Positions 29,148 to 37,469 of a stretch of DNA of 64,000 nucleotides are shown one piece after another. Positions within the stretch are counted from its first letter, which is position 1; the number at the start of each line of letters is the position of its first letter. This DNA is from Magnetococcales bacterium. Its GTDB lineage: Bacteria; Pseudomonadota; Magnetococcia; Magnetococcales; JADFWU01. Under the pieces are notes generated by a model that did not search any database, was not told the DNA's origin, and worked only from the letters and a program-made list of their open reading frames with translations. The stretch lies in assembly GCA_015234045.1 (NCBI GenBank), contig JADFWU010000015.1, forward strand, positions 1,521 to 65,520. Reading direction: 5' to 3'. Both the position numbers and the translations under genes were made by a program.

Positions 29148-30251
29148 ATGTCGAATCCCGATAAAAATGTATCCCGTCGAGCAGTGGTCAAAGGGGTTTT
29201 GGGGGGTGCAGCACTGGTGGCAGCACCAAAGGTGGCGGATGCCTTTCCCAGTCTTGGTAAGACGATTAAATGGAAAATGGTTACAACGTGGCCGAAGAAT
29301 TTTCCTGGTTTGGGCGCAGGCGCAAACTATTTAGCTAAACTCATCAATGAGATGAGTGGTGGTCGAATTAAGGTTAAAGTGTATGGTGCCAAAGAGTTGG
29401 TTGGCGCTTTTGAGGTGTTTGATGCGGTTTCTCGCGGCACAGCACAGATGGGGCATGGTGCGGCCTATTACTGGAAAGGCAAGCATCCGGCCACGCAGTT
29501 TTTTGCAGCGGTGCCTTTTGGTCTCACAGCACAGGAGATGAATGGCTGGCTTTATCATGGCGGAGGTATGGCGCTGTGGAAAGAGTTGTATGATCGCTTT
29601 GATTTGATTCCAACGGCTATTGGCAATACTGGTGTGCAGATGGGCGGATGGTTTAACCGTAAAATTGATGCGGTTACTGACCTGAAGGGCCTTAAGATGC
29701 GTATCCCTGGTCTGGGTGGTGAGGTGTTGAATCGGGCGGGTGGTACACCTGTGAGTTTGCCGGGTGGTGAAATTTTTCCGGCTTTGCAGTCTGGTTCCAT
29801 TGATGCGACTGAGTGGGTTGGTCCTTATAATGATCTCGCCTTTGGTCTCTATAAGGCGGCAAAATTCTACTACTATCCCGGTTGGCATGAGCCTGGAACC
29901 ACATTGGAAGGCATTATCAATAAGACCGCATTTAATGCATTGCCCAAGGATCTTCAATCCATTGTTATCGCAGCGTGTAGGGTTGCTAATCAGGATATGC
30001 TGTCAGACTTTACTGCACGAAACAATACTGCCTTGGATACATTAGTCAATCATCATGGTGTTAAATTGCTGCGTTTTCCTGATGATGTTCTCAAGCGCAT
30101 CAAGATGCTTTCTAACGAAGTGGTTGCGGAGATTGCAGGTCAAGATCCATTTTCCAAACGTGTTTATGACTCTTTTTCAACATTCCGAAAGCAAGCGATT
30201 TCCTGGCACGCTGTTTCAGAGCAGGCCTATATGGATGCGCGAACGTTGTAA
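29148..30251 (+). CDS. TRAP transporter substrate-binding protein (DctP family), Tat-like signal
   Basis: SRRAVVKGVLGGAALVAAPKVADA is present. The DctP-like pattern IKWKMVTTWPKN....GA..LAK.I.EMSGGRI.VKVY.A.ELV is present. The ATG at 29148 has a GGAGAAG RBS. There are no adjacent dctQM genes. Confidence 0.78.
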   Translation: MSNPDKNVSRRAVVKGVLGGAALVAAPKVADAFPSLGKTIKWKMVTTWPKNFPGLGAGANYLAKLINEMSGGRIKVKVYGAKELVGAFEVFDAVSRGTAQMGHGAAYYWKGKHPATQFFAAVPFGLTAQEMNGWLYHGGGMALWKELYDRFDLIPTAIGNTGVQMGGWFNRKIDAVTDLKGLKMRIPGLGGEVLNRAGGTPVSLPGGEIFPALQSGSIDATEWVGPYNDLAFGLYKAAKFYYYPGWHEPGTTLEGIINKTAFNALPKDLQSIVIAACRVANQDMLSDFTARNNTALDTLVNHHGVKLLRFPDDVLKRIKMLSNEVVAEIAGQDPFSKRVYDSFSTFRKQAISWHAVSEQAYMDARTL

Positions 30252-30266
30252 TTCTTTCCGAGATCC

Positions 30267-30427
30267 TATAGTGGTTTCGTCTGAAATTTGAACAGTCAGC
30301 CGTTTCAGTCCTGGTGATATTTTTGCTCTGATGATCTGCTTCGCTTATGCAAAACGGCGCAAAAACATCACCAGGGCTTCCACTCAGGTTGTGGTTCATT
30401 GTCTAATTTCGGATCGAAATCACTATA
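30267..30427 (+). mobile_element. R1 MITE-like repeat, copy 3 (161 bp), left edge of the accessory segment
   Basis: TATAGTGGTTTCGTCTGAAATTTGAAC ... the revcomp of its right end is TATAGTGATTTCGATCCGAAATTAGAC. The internal IR ...CCTGGTGATATTTTTGC / GCAAAAACATCACCAGGG is present. Confidence 0.62.
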
Positions 30428-30429
30428 AA

Positions 30430-30466
30430 ACAGGTCCAGGATAAATCTGCTTGGACCTGTTTTATT
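30430..30466 (+). terminator. rho-independent terminator downstream of dctP and R1
   Basis: ACAGGTCCA-13 nt-TGGACCTGT followed by TTTTATT. Confidence 0.6.
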
Positions 30467-30702
30467 GGTAATTTTTACATTTTAATAAAACAATAAGCTT
30501 TTAATGTGTTTTTATATAATTTAAATCGTTATAAATCCACATCCTGTCGATTCCAACCTAAAGGTTGTTTTGTTGTCAATAGAACAATATATTATGTTCT
30601 AATGCGTGAAGGGTAGAGTGATGTTTTCTTGGAAGTCGATCAAGTCAAGTACGGAATATGCATTGAGGATTTGAGCATAATTCAGAGCGTTTTTTTTTGA
30701 AT

Positions 30703-30912
30703 TCAAGCTATCTGGTTATGGGTGGGTCGGTTGTTGGCCATTTGGCGTAGCGTGTTAGAGACACCATCCAATAACAGGCCGGCACCATTCAATTCATGTT
30801 CACTCAAATAGGAGGGGTCTGCCCGAACAATAGCGCTTACAGCAGCGGTGATATCAGCTAGGTCTTCAATTAAAGCTTTTTGAGTATCGGTGTGAGTGAA
30901 GTCAAAGCGCAT
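30703..30912 (-). CDS. hypothetical small protein (69 aa)
   Basis: The ATG at 30912 follows AAGGAG at 8-nt spacing. I recognised no family. Confidence 0.45.
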   Translation of the reverse strand: MRFDFTHTDTQKALIEDLADITAAVSAIVRADPSYLSEHELNGAGLLLDGVSNTLRQMANNRPTHNQIA

Positions 30913-31124
30913 TTGGTGGTCTCCTTGTCAGGTGATGGTATATAAAACCGTAACAGGTAGTTGCTGGATACGGTTGTGGCCTTATTCCACCAATACTTCT
31001 CGATGCCAATCCGAATCAAAATCAGTGAAACAGTGCCTACCACTTATATTCGGACGTAATTATATAAGCATTAGAGATTTTTTTGTGTAATTTGATCTAT
31101 GTAATTAGTTGTATGCTATAAATT

Positions 31125-31340
31125 TCATTTATTTTCATAAGTATTCCCAAAAAGGATTTCGTGGGCATCAAGGTGGGCCATTTCTATCATCACTTTGAAA
31201 TCATTGATAAATACCTTCTCACGGGAGAGCGAGGCGGAAACAGCTTGACGCTTTTTTCCTATCCTCTCTGCCACCATTTCTTGTGTTATTCCGGCTTCGC
31301 GCATGCCTGATTTTAGGCGGTCAACCCATCCTGCATTCAT
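31125..31340 (-). CDS. helix-turn-helix DNA-binding protein (cI/Cro-class, 71 aa)
   Basis: The HTH is ITQEMVAERIGKKRQAVSASLS. The ATG at 31340 follows GGAGG. It is divergent from a Cro/YdaS-like gene. The track start at 31421 is unlikely. Confidence 0.6.
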   Translation of the reverse strand: MNAGWVDRLKSGMREAGITQEMVAERIGKKRQAVSASLSREKVFINDFKVMIEMAHLDAHEILFGNTYENK

Positions 31341-31417
31341 TATTACCTCCATTATGTACAGTATGTTGTTAACAAAACGTAACATGGAGTTGCTTTTTAT
31401 GCAATAGGAAGAATAAT

Positions 31418-31432
31418 GCAACTGACAGTTGC
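31418..31432. promoter_or_regulatory. candidate operator palindrome between the divergent HTH genes
   Basis: GCAACTG-A-CAGTTGC has perfect 7-bp arms. It lies immediately upstream of a TATAAT hexamer (31437-31442) and 34 nt upstream of the Cro-like ATG. Confidence 0.35.
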
Positions 31433-31465
31433 TATTTATAATATCTTGAGGTATACAGTGAGGCT

Positions 31466-31699
31466 ATGAGTGATTTAAAAACATATTTGAAAGCGTTTCC
31501 ATACGGTGCACGGGAAATGGAGAAAAAACGGCTTGCACATGCAGCGGGTGTCGCGTGGCGCACCGTGGAATCTTGGGCCGCAGGTAGGCGGGCTTGTCCG
31601 CCAGATAGAGCGCAAAAAATTGAGAGAGAGACAGATGGTCAGGTATCGGCTATTGCGTTGGTTTTTGGCAAAATTGAGTGCGATCTATCTGAGAGATAA
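31466..31699 (+). CDS. Cro/YdaS-like DNA-binding protein (77 aa)
   Basis: The LAHAAGVAWRTVESWAAGRR.CPPDRAQKIERETDGQVS pattern matches YdaS/Cro-type regulators (..lGvs...vs.W...r..P..r...IE..T.G.V). Confidence 0.6.
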   Translation: MSDLKTYLKAFPYGAREMEKKRLAHAAGVAWRTVESWAAGRRACPPDRAQKIERETDGQVSAIALVFGKIECDLSER

Positions 31700-31847
31700 A
31701 GAAGCATGACTTCAAAATACTAAACGTTCATTAATGCGCCAAAATGAACCGATTCAACAATAAAAATAGTTGTCAATAATATATTTTTAGTTTTTTCAAC
31801 TTTATACAATATAAAATATACAAACCAATATCCTATGGAGTTGCTTT

Positions 31848-32492
31848 ATGAAAACACTTCGCAGTATTGTTAATTCTCTTCCTGGTGAGACAATCACCAC
31901 ACAATATGCGCCTGTTTGTCGAGTTTGGATAAATGAGCCAGATCAAGGACATAAACACTCTGACGGTCGTTATAAAATCAGTCAGATTTTTGAAGCCAAT
32001 CATTCAGGGGTTAGAGAAATACAAGCGCTTTGTAATCGGGTTGTCGAGCGTATTCAACCCTCTTTGGTCGAGGAAATGACAGATAAGGGCTATCACCTCA
32101 ATATGGGTGCGATAATATGGCCGTGGCGTTATTTTGATATGGAAGAAAAAGCCGCACATTTACGAGGTCGGGTATTGGTGACTTCCAGAAGCCGCTTCAA
32201 ACCAACAATTATTGATTCCTATGGCGTAAAGCGGAATACAGCTGTACCAATTCGAAAAAATGATCGTGTGGCGATCACCGCAGAGGCCAAGGGGATTGTG
32301 GTTCCGCATTGGAATGGTCAATTCCATCCAGGTGTTACGTTGCGTTTAAACCTGGTTCATTTGACTTCAAAGGCGATATATCGGGTTGCGCGACCCTCTC
32401 GAGTCATACCGTTTCGGCAGCGTCATTCAGATGTGAAAAATCAGGATAGGGGCGACGAAATAAACAGAGTGTTCCCTTCACCAGTCTATTGA
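31848..32492 (+). CDS. hypothetical protein, possibly a DUF2815-type phage ssDNA-binding protein
   Basis: Its layout resembles DUF2815 (T7 gp2.5-like). A beta-rich N-terminus (APVCRVWINEP..DGRYKISQIF) is followed by RSRFKPTIIDSYG...ND.VAITAEAKG....WNGQFHPGVTLRLNLVHL. This is weak by-eye similarity only. Confidence 0.4.
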   Translation: MKTLRSIVNSLPGETITTQYAPVCRVWINEPDQGHKHSDGRYKISQIFEANHSGVREIQALCNRVVERIQPSLVEEMTDKGYHLNMGAIIWPWRYFDMEEKAAHLRGRVLVTSRSRFKPTIIDSYGVKRNTAVPIRKNDRVAITAEAKGIVVPHWNGQFHPGVTLRLNLVHLTSKAIYRVARPSRVIPFRQRHSDVKNQDRGDEINRVFPSPVY

Positions 32493-32508
32493 TCCCTAAA
32501 GCTGGGTT

Positions 32509-32538
32509 GCAGAAAGGGGGTATAGGGCTCCCTTTCTG
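32509..32538. terminator. hairpin between convergent genes (possible terminator)
   Basis: CAGAAAGGG-11 nt-CCCTTTCTG, a 9-bp stem with no T-run. Confidence 0.3.
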
Positions 32539-32596
32539 TGCTGTGCGGACCAATTCATATCCTGCGCAACGGGAATAATTAATTTTTCCACGGCCC

Positions 32597-33241
32597 TTAA
32601 TTTATATCATAGCCAAATTCCAGCGCTCTTTTTTCGACATTTTCCGCCAGCGTTTTGTCTGCTTCTTTCAGCTTATCCCAAGTCAGCTGAGTATATCCTT
32701 TTCTGCCAACGCGGGAGTCACGGGCCTCTTTTTGTAAGACTGGAAGATTTTGCACGGGCAATCCCAATTTCGATAACAATTCAGGAAAAATCTCCTGAAA
32801 ATCCTCTATCCGATAGCGCCAATCCGCCCTCTGTTCGATACGTTTAGTCCAGCCCAGCCAGGTACGCATACAACGCCGAATTCGATGATTACGCTTCTTG
32901 TGGCCAAACAGTGTGAAAAGGGCGTTTCCTTTCGGATCTGAATCTGTGTCAATCCCCAGCTTTTGTTCCATATAGCATAGAGAACTTTCAGAAAATGTTT
33001 GTGCAGAAGTGAGTACTTTGAGTGGATTTCGAACTTGATGAATCACTGTGTCGTAGGAAATATCAGGAATGATCTGTTCGCGGTTTTTGCCAATAACGAC
33101 AAAGGTGCCTGGAACAATGTGCTTCCAGGATGTGACACCATCTTTACCTTCGGTTTCATGGGGCGCATCCACACCGAGTGCCTGAAGAATTCGTGAGGTA
33201 TAATGGGTGCCGCTGCGTCCGTAACCAGTTATTAGAAACAT
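32597..33241 (-). CDS. sulfotransferase-like protein (putative, cytoplasmic)
   Basis: The N-terminal MFLITGYGRSGTHYTSRIL resembles the PAPS 5'-phosphosulfate-binding loop (G.pRSGTt) of bacterial sulfotransferases. The rest I could not recognise. Confidence 0.4.
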   Translation of the reverse strand: MFLITGYGRSGTHYTSRILQALGVDAPHETEGKDGVTSWKHIVPGTFVVIGKNREQIIPDISYDTVIHQVRNPLKVLTSAQTFSESSLCYMEQKLGIDTDSDPKGNALFTLFGHKKRNHRIRRCMRTWLGWTKRIEQRADWRYRIEDFQEIFPELLSKLGLPVQNLPVLQKEARDSRVGRKGYTQLTWDKLKEADKTLAENVEKRALEFGYDIN

Positions 33242-33560
33242 AATGATAGAATTCCAAGTAAATTTACTGCACGAACAGTTAGTTAGATAATGCCTTTCCC
33301 AAGCTGTACTAACAGATAATGCATTCTAACATAGTGTGGCGTGTATCAAGAAGTGTGCTGTAGTTGTGTACGTTAATGATAATTATTTGCAGTACTGTCT
33401 GTTCATGTGCTCGATAAATGATAAACTGAATTATAAAAAACAGACACATTTTCCAAAAAATAGGGTAACATTGCCCATTTATCAGTTTTGGGTAGTGTAT
33501 TTGAAATCGTTTTCTACGTGTTGTATTTATTGTGGAAAATGTGACAGGGAGTCCGTTGTG

Positions 33561-34706
33561 ATGAATGTTCTGTATCGAACAATAAAACGTTTTGTTTTCA
33601 TGGTGCTGATTGTGTTTTTTGCATCAACTGTGACGGTGCATGCTCAAAGTGTGGTTGCTGTGGGCGAAGGTGCAACAAAACAGGCGGCCATCAATGATGC
33701 GATTCGTGCCGCCGTAGAAAAAGCGTTGGGTGCCTACGTTCAAGCAGACTCAAAAGTGAGTAACGGCAATCTGGAATATGACCGCATTATCTCTTCAAGC
33801 AGTGGATACGTGCGCGATTATACCGTCCTCAAAGAGGGACATGATCCCATTGAGGAAGCCTACAAGGTTAAACTCCAAGCTGAAGTTGATGATGTTAAAT
33901 TGAAAAGCGCTCTGGATGCGTTTCTCAACGATACGCGATTCCAAAAGACTTTCCAAAAGACCAGCTTTGATTCCCGCAAGGTGGTGGTTTTGTACAAGCG
34001 CCGCAGTACTGAAGATCTGGAGTATGACTCCAAGGGTGTTCAGACGGTTATGGATTTAATACAAGATAAATTGGTTGGTTACGGTTTCCGGGTGTTTCTT
34101 CAGGACCAGTTAAGCCGAATCAAGGATCTGGCTTCAGATGGAATGATCAATGAAAATGATGCGATACGGGTCGCGCAACAAGAAGATGGTGATGCTGTGG
34201 TTTTGGTCAGCATTGATGCCGGCAAACGCAGAACATCGGATGGTTATTATCTGATTCACTCTACATTGGGTATGAAGGCCTTTGATGTGACCACTGGTGA
34301 GTTGTTTGCCAATGTTCAGGATCGTGGCAAAACAGTCAGTCGTGGTGGTGAATACGGCATCTCTGATGGCGTGTCCCGTGTGGCGATTAAAATTGGTAGT
34401 GCTGCGGCTGAAAATCTGGTCAAAAAGATAGTTGAGCGTTTCTCGGGTGCCCGTTCGAAATTCATTACGCTGATTGTCCGGGATGTTGCATTGGATGTGC
34501 AGGATCGAATTGAAGACTTGATTATGGATCTCGGTTGGGAATACCGCATTGGTCGGCAAGCTGGCAGCTATCTGGAGTTAGAGGTGTTCAGTGAGTCTGA
34601 TCCAACATCCATCAGAAGTGAGTTTCGCCGTCAAGCGAGGCGGGCAGGGATAGCGCTTCAATCTGTTGGTATGAAGGGCAGTCGGATTATTTTCTCCAGT
34701 CCATAA
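33561..34706 (+). CDS. secreted FlgT-N-like / TolB-N-like multidomain protein (cluster gene A, 381 aa)
   Basis: The Sec signal is MNVLYRTIKRFVFMVLIVFFASTVTVHA|QS. The N-domain VVAVGEGATKQAAINDAIRAAVEKALGAYVQADSKVSNG resembles the FlgT N-domain/LPP20 fold. It is a paralog of gene F (40814-41938). Its size is close to Vibrio FlgT. The track start at 33336 is rejected as an AT-rich leader. Confidence 0.6.
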   Translation: MNVLYRTIKRFVFMVLIVFFASTVTVHAQSVVAVGEGATKQAAINDAIRAAVEKALGAYVQADSKVSNGNLEYDRIISSSSGYVRDYTVLKEGHDPIEEAYKVKLQAEVDDVKLKSALDAFLNDTRFQKTFQKTSFDSRKVVVLYKRRSTEDLEYDSKGVQTVMDLIQDKLVGYGFRVFLQDQLSRIKDLASDGMINENDAIRVAQQEDGDAVVLVSIDAGKRRTSDGYYLIHSTLGMKAFDVTTGELFANVQDRGKTVSRGGEYGISDGVSRVAIKIGSAAAENLVKKIVERFSGARSKFITLIVRDVALDVQDRIEDLIMDLGWEYRIGRQAGSYLELEVFSESDPTSIRSEFRRQARRAGIALQSVGMKGSRIIFSSP

Positions 34707-34766
34707 ATTGGCTGTTTATTCTCAGCACGTGAATGTGGTATTGCACGGGTATCTAAGGGGTTTCGT

Positions 34767-35777
34767 ATGACCAGTTGGAAATGCATTGAGAAGAAATTGC
34801 GGACACCTGCACTGATTATTGCGGTTGGATTTTTGCTGTCTGCCTGTGCCACAGGTGGTTCAACAGTTGCTCCGAAAGGTGTGGCAGTAAAAGTGTTGCG
34901 GCCTGTCACCATGGTCCAGGGGAATACCTGCAATGCGGTGAATCTAATCTGGATTGATCAGGAACGGGTGATTTCATCAGAAGGAATCTTTCTGAGTGGG
35001 GTTGAACGGTCTCAACTGGCTGAGAAAGCGCGTTCTGTTGTCAATGAGACTGGGTTCCTTCAATCCACCAGCCTGCCACCAGAGTCGGATTCTGTGCGTT
35101 ACCACACCATGCTGATCAAACTGATCAATATGGATATTGATCAAGCTCAAACCGCTGCACATGCCACAAAGACCGGGCGCATTGAATTATCCATCGCCCT
35201 GAAGGAAGGGGGCGAGTTGTCTGGCTTTACCGAATGCTATTCAACCGATTTCTCCAAAGAAATCGTTCGGCGTGTACCAAAATACAAACACAGTCAGTTG
35301 CCCAGTGACTTCGATATGAAAAAAATGCTCATCGCTCGAGCTATTCGAAGTGTGTTACGCAAGTTTACACCTGCGCGGGTATCTACTTTTCGCCCTGTCT
35401 ATGGTGGTCTTGGAGAGGCTGCCAAGGTTTCTGATTTATTGAATGGTGGAAATTGTAAACTTGCTTTTAAGGTTGCGCTTACTGCTTTGAAGGACAATGA
35501 AACAGATCAATCCATGCTCTTCAACGCCGGGGTGGCGGCTGAATGTTTGGCGGGAAAGAGTAGAAAACAACTCGAAAAAATTAAAGCGCTAAAGAAATCA
35601 CTGGAATTTTACGAAAAGGTCTTGATGGCTTCTCCATCCGATAAAGAGGCAAATCGAGCAGCGAAAGAGGTGGCGCAGACTCTGGAATTGTATGGTGATG
35701 CCGCAAGTAATCAGAGTGACTCTCGTATTAAACTTCAAAAACTGGAGCAGGAGTACTCAACACCATCTGGTTTCTGA
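34767..35777 (+). CDS. outer-membrane-type lipoprotein, unknown family, TPR-like C-terminus (cluster gene B)
   Basis: The lipobox is FLLSAC|ATGG. The AAGGGG RBS is present. The C-terminus is helical (LFNAGVAAECLAG...SLEFYEKVLMASPSDKEA). Confidence 0.6.
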   Translation: MTSWKCIEKKLRTPALIIAVGFLLSACATGGSTVAPKGVAVKVLRPVTMVQGNTCNAVNLIWIDQERVISSEGIFLSGVERSQLAEKARSVVNETGFLQSTSLPPESDSVRYHTMLIKLINMDIDQAQTAAHATKTGRIELSIALKEGGELSGFTECYSTDFSKEIVRRVPKYKHSQLPSDFDMKKMLIARAIRSVLRKFTPARVSTFRPVYGGLGEAAKVSDLLNGGNCKLAFKVALTALKDNETDQSMLFNAGVAAECLAGKSRKQLEKIKALKKSLEFYEKVLMASPSDKEANRAAKEVAQTLELYGDAASNQSDSRIKLQKLEQEYSTPSGF

Positions 35778-35787
35778 TATCTTAGGC

Positions 35788-35884
35788 GTTACGCAATTGC
35801 CGGTTGAAACAGACAGTAAAGTGTCTACCCATCATTCCCGCTTCCTCGGGAATGATGGGTGCAAAATGCATTCAACTGCGTAAC
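35788..35884. repeat. R2 repeat, copy b (97 bp), in the B/C spacer
   Basis: GTTACGCAATTG (35788-99) pairs with CAACTGCGTAAC (35873-84). An internal perfect 14-bp hairpin runs ACCCATCATTCCCG-cttcct-CGGGAATGATGGGT (35827-35860). Confidence 0.6.
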
Positions 35885-35982
35885 TTTCATATCTATCGAA
35901 AATGAGTAATAAACGCGGCATGCCGACACATTTTACAGGTGCCGCTTTGTTTGAAAAATATTTTGTTTAGGAGATCAGTATA

Positions 35983-37359
35983 GTGAAAAAAATCAAATAT
36001 TTAGCAATGGCTGGTGCCTGTGCTTTGATATTGAGTGGTTGTGGTGGTGCTGCGATGCAGATGGCTGGTGGTCTGGCCAGTGGCATGATGGGTGGTGGCG
36101 CACAGAGCAACTCTCTCAAAGGTGTGGAGATGGATTTCACCTTTGTGGATCAGGTAACCTCCATGCTAAGGGTCAACGAATTAATGTTGACTCGAATGGA
36201 AATATCCAGTGATGCCGAGTGGCCACTGGCGGTGATGCGTCCAGAGGGAGAGGGCGCTGATATCGCAGCATATGATAGTTGGTTGGAACAGAAGCTGAAA
36301 GAAGATTTCAGCTACTTTGAATATTACGGTGAGCTTTCAGGTATGGAGATGCTTGGGGCCATTGGTTCTATGGGACAGATGTTTAATACCGCTAAAGATC
36401 GAATTCTGACTGAAGCGATTAAATCTGTCGGTATGGATCTTGAGCATCAACGTCAGGTGTTGGACTATCGTCCTGATGGCTGTGTCAGCCCAGCTTATGG
36501 TGGTGCTCAGAGTGCGAGTGAATCTGTCTGTGCTGCGGTGGAAAAAGAGAATAACCGGACAAAACTGTGTGGTTTTTTCAACGCGCCTTTGGAAGATCAG
36601 CTATTTGAATTTTTGTCCGGTGATCATTCAGCGGCAGACTGGTTGGATACACCGGTGGATGATCTCTGTTTGAGGCCGGTTACCGCATTGTCTGGTTCAA
36701 TTCATAAGAATGTTAATGCCGCCTTTATCAGTCTGCTTCCTGAGCATCTCTCAGAGGAGATTCAAGCTGTTGAGTCCAATATCACTGAGATGACTGAACA
36801 GAAATCAGATTTGGAAGCGCAGATCAAACAGGCAGAAGCCAGCGAAGAGAATAGCATCAGTGCAGATGAAATTACCGCTCTGAAACAACAGGTCACAGAT
36901 CTGGAAGAGCAAATTAAAGCAGGACAAGCCACCTATGCCAAGCTGTTTGAAGAGGCTATGGGTGCTGTTGAAGGAACGGACGCTAATGTCGTTTTGGCCC
37001 GTCAGGTCCGTCGGGTGATTGGTGCGGTTGATGGCAACCTGTCAATTGCTTCTACGGGTGCTGTCGCAGTAATGGCCAAAATGGTCATTGATATGAAGGA
37101 TCTTGCTAGAGCAGGTCTCGATCCCTTGGGTACGGCGGCTGTTATGGCAGGTGAAGCGGCCGGTAAGAATGAAGCGCTTACTGCTGAGGAATTACAACAG
37201 AAAATGCAGGAGCGTGTTGAACGTTTGATCAAACGTTCAATCTCCTTCTTGCCCAATGCGTTGGGTATTCTGAATAGGATTATGGTGCAACGGGATCTTG
37301 TTTCAAGTAAAGTGGAATACCTTGATAAGTTGATCAAGATTGGCGAAAAGCAGGGATAA
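35983..37359 (+). CDS. lipoprotein, unknown family, Gly/Met/Ala-rich linker plus coiled coil (cluster gene C)
   Basis: The GTG start follows AGGAG. The lipobox is LILSGC|GGAAMQMAGGLASGMMGGG. Heptad-like stretches run EIQAVESNITEMTEQKSDLEAQIKQAE...QQVTDLEEQIK. Confidence 0.6.
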   Translation: MKKIKYLAMAGACALILSGCGGAAMQMAGGLASGMMGGGAQSNSLKGVEMDFTFVDQVTSMLRVNELMLTRMEISSDAEWPLAVMRPEGEGADIAAYDSWLEQKLKEDFSYFEYYGELSGMEMLGAIGSMGQMFNTAKDRILTEAIKSVGMDLEHQRQVLDYRPDGCVSPAYGGAQSASESVCAAVEKENNRTKLCGFFNAPLEDQLFEFLSGDHSAADWLDTPVDDLCLRPVTALSGSIHKNVNAAFISLLPEHLSEEIQAVESNITEMTEQKSDLEAQIKQAEASEENSISADEITALKQQVTDLEEQIKAGQATYAKLFEEAMGAVEGTDANVVLARQVRRVIGAVDGNLSIASTGAVAVMAKMVIDMKDLARAGLDPLGTAAVMAGEAAGKNEALTAEELQQKMQERVERLIKRSISFLPNALGILNRIMVQRDLVSSKVEYLDKLIKIGEKQG

Positions 37360-37380
37360 TAGCTTCGGCTTGATGTAGGC

Positions 37381-37441
37381 ATTACGCAGTTGAATGACGG
37401 GTACACGCTTTGATATCTGTTTCAAACGGCAATTGCGTAAC
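37381..37441. repeat. R2 repeat, copy c (61 bp), in the C/D spacer, inverted relative to copy b
   Basis: ATTACGCAGTTGAATG... ...TTTCAAACGGCAATTGCGTAAC. The revcomp of its right end, GTTACGCAATTGCCGTTTGAAACAGA, matches the left end of copy b (GTTACGCAATTGCCGGTTGAAACAGA). Confidence 0.6.
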
Positions 37442-37469
37442 TCCTATGATGATTGATATCGGAGAGTGA

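Noticed and set aside
31418-31432. The CAACTG/CAGTTG hexamers of the operator-like palindrome also occur in the R2 terminal repeats (ACGCAGTTG ... CAACTGCGT), hinting at a shared binding protein.
   Set aside because: The shared core is only 6 nt and is arranged in the opposite relative orientation. That is compatible with chance.
33336-33560. N-terminal extensions proposed by the ORF track (33336 for gene A; also 2722 rplS, 9131 dapB, 12242, 29076 dctP, 31421, 40736 gene F, 41970 gene G, 46734 gene J, 50654 gene L, 55501 aminopeptidase, 55646).
   Set aside because: In every case an internal ATG is preceded by a good Shine-Dalgarno sequence and gives a normal-length protein or a proper signal peptide. 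The extensions overlap upstream genes or AT-rich spacers.
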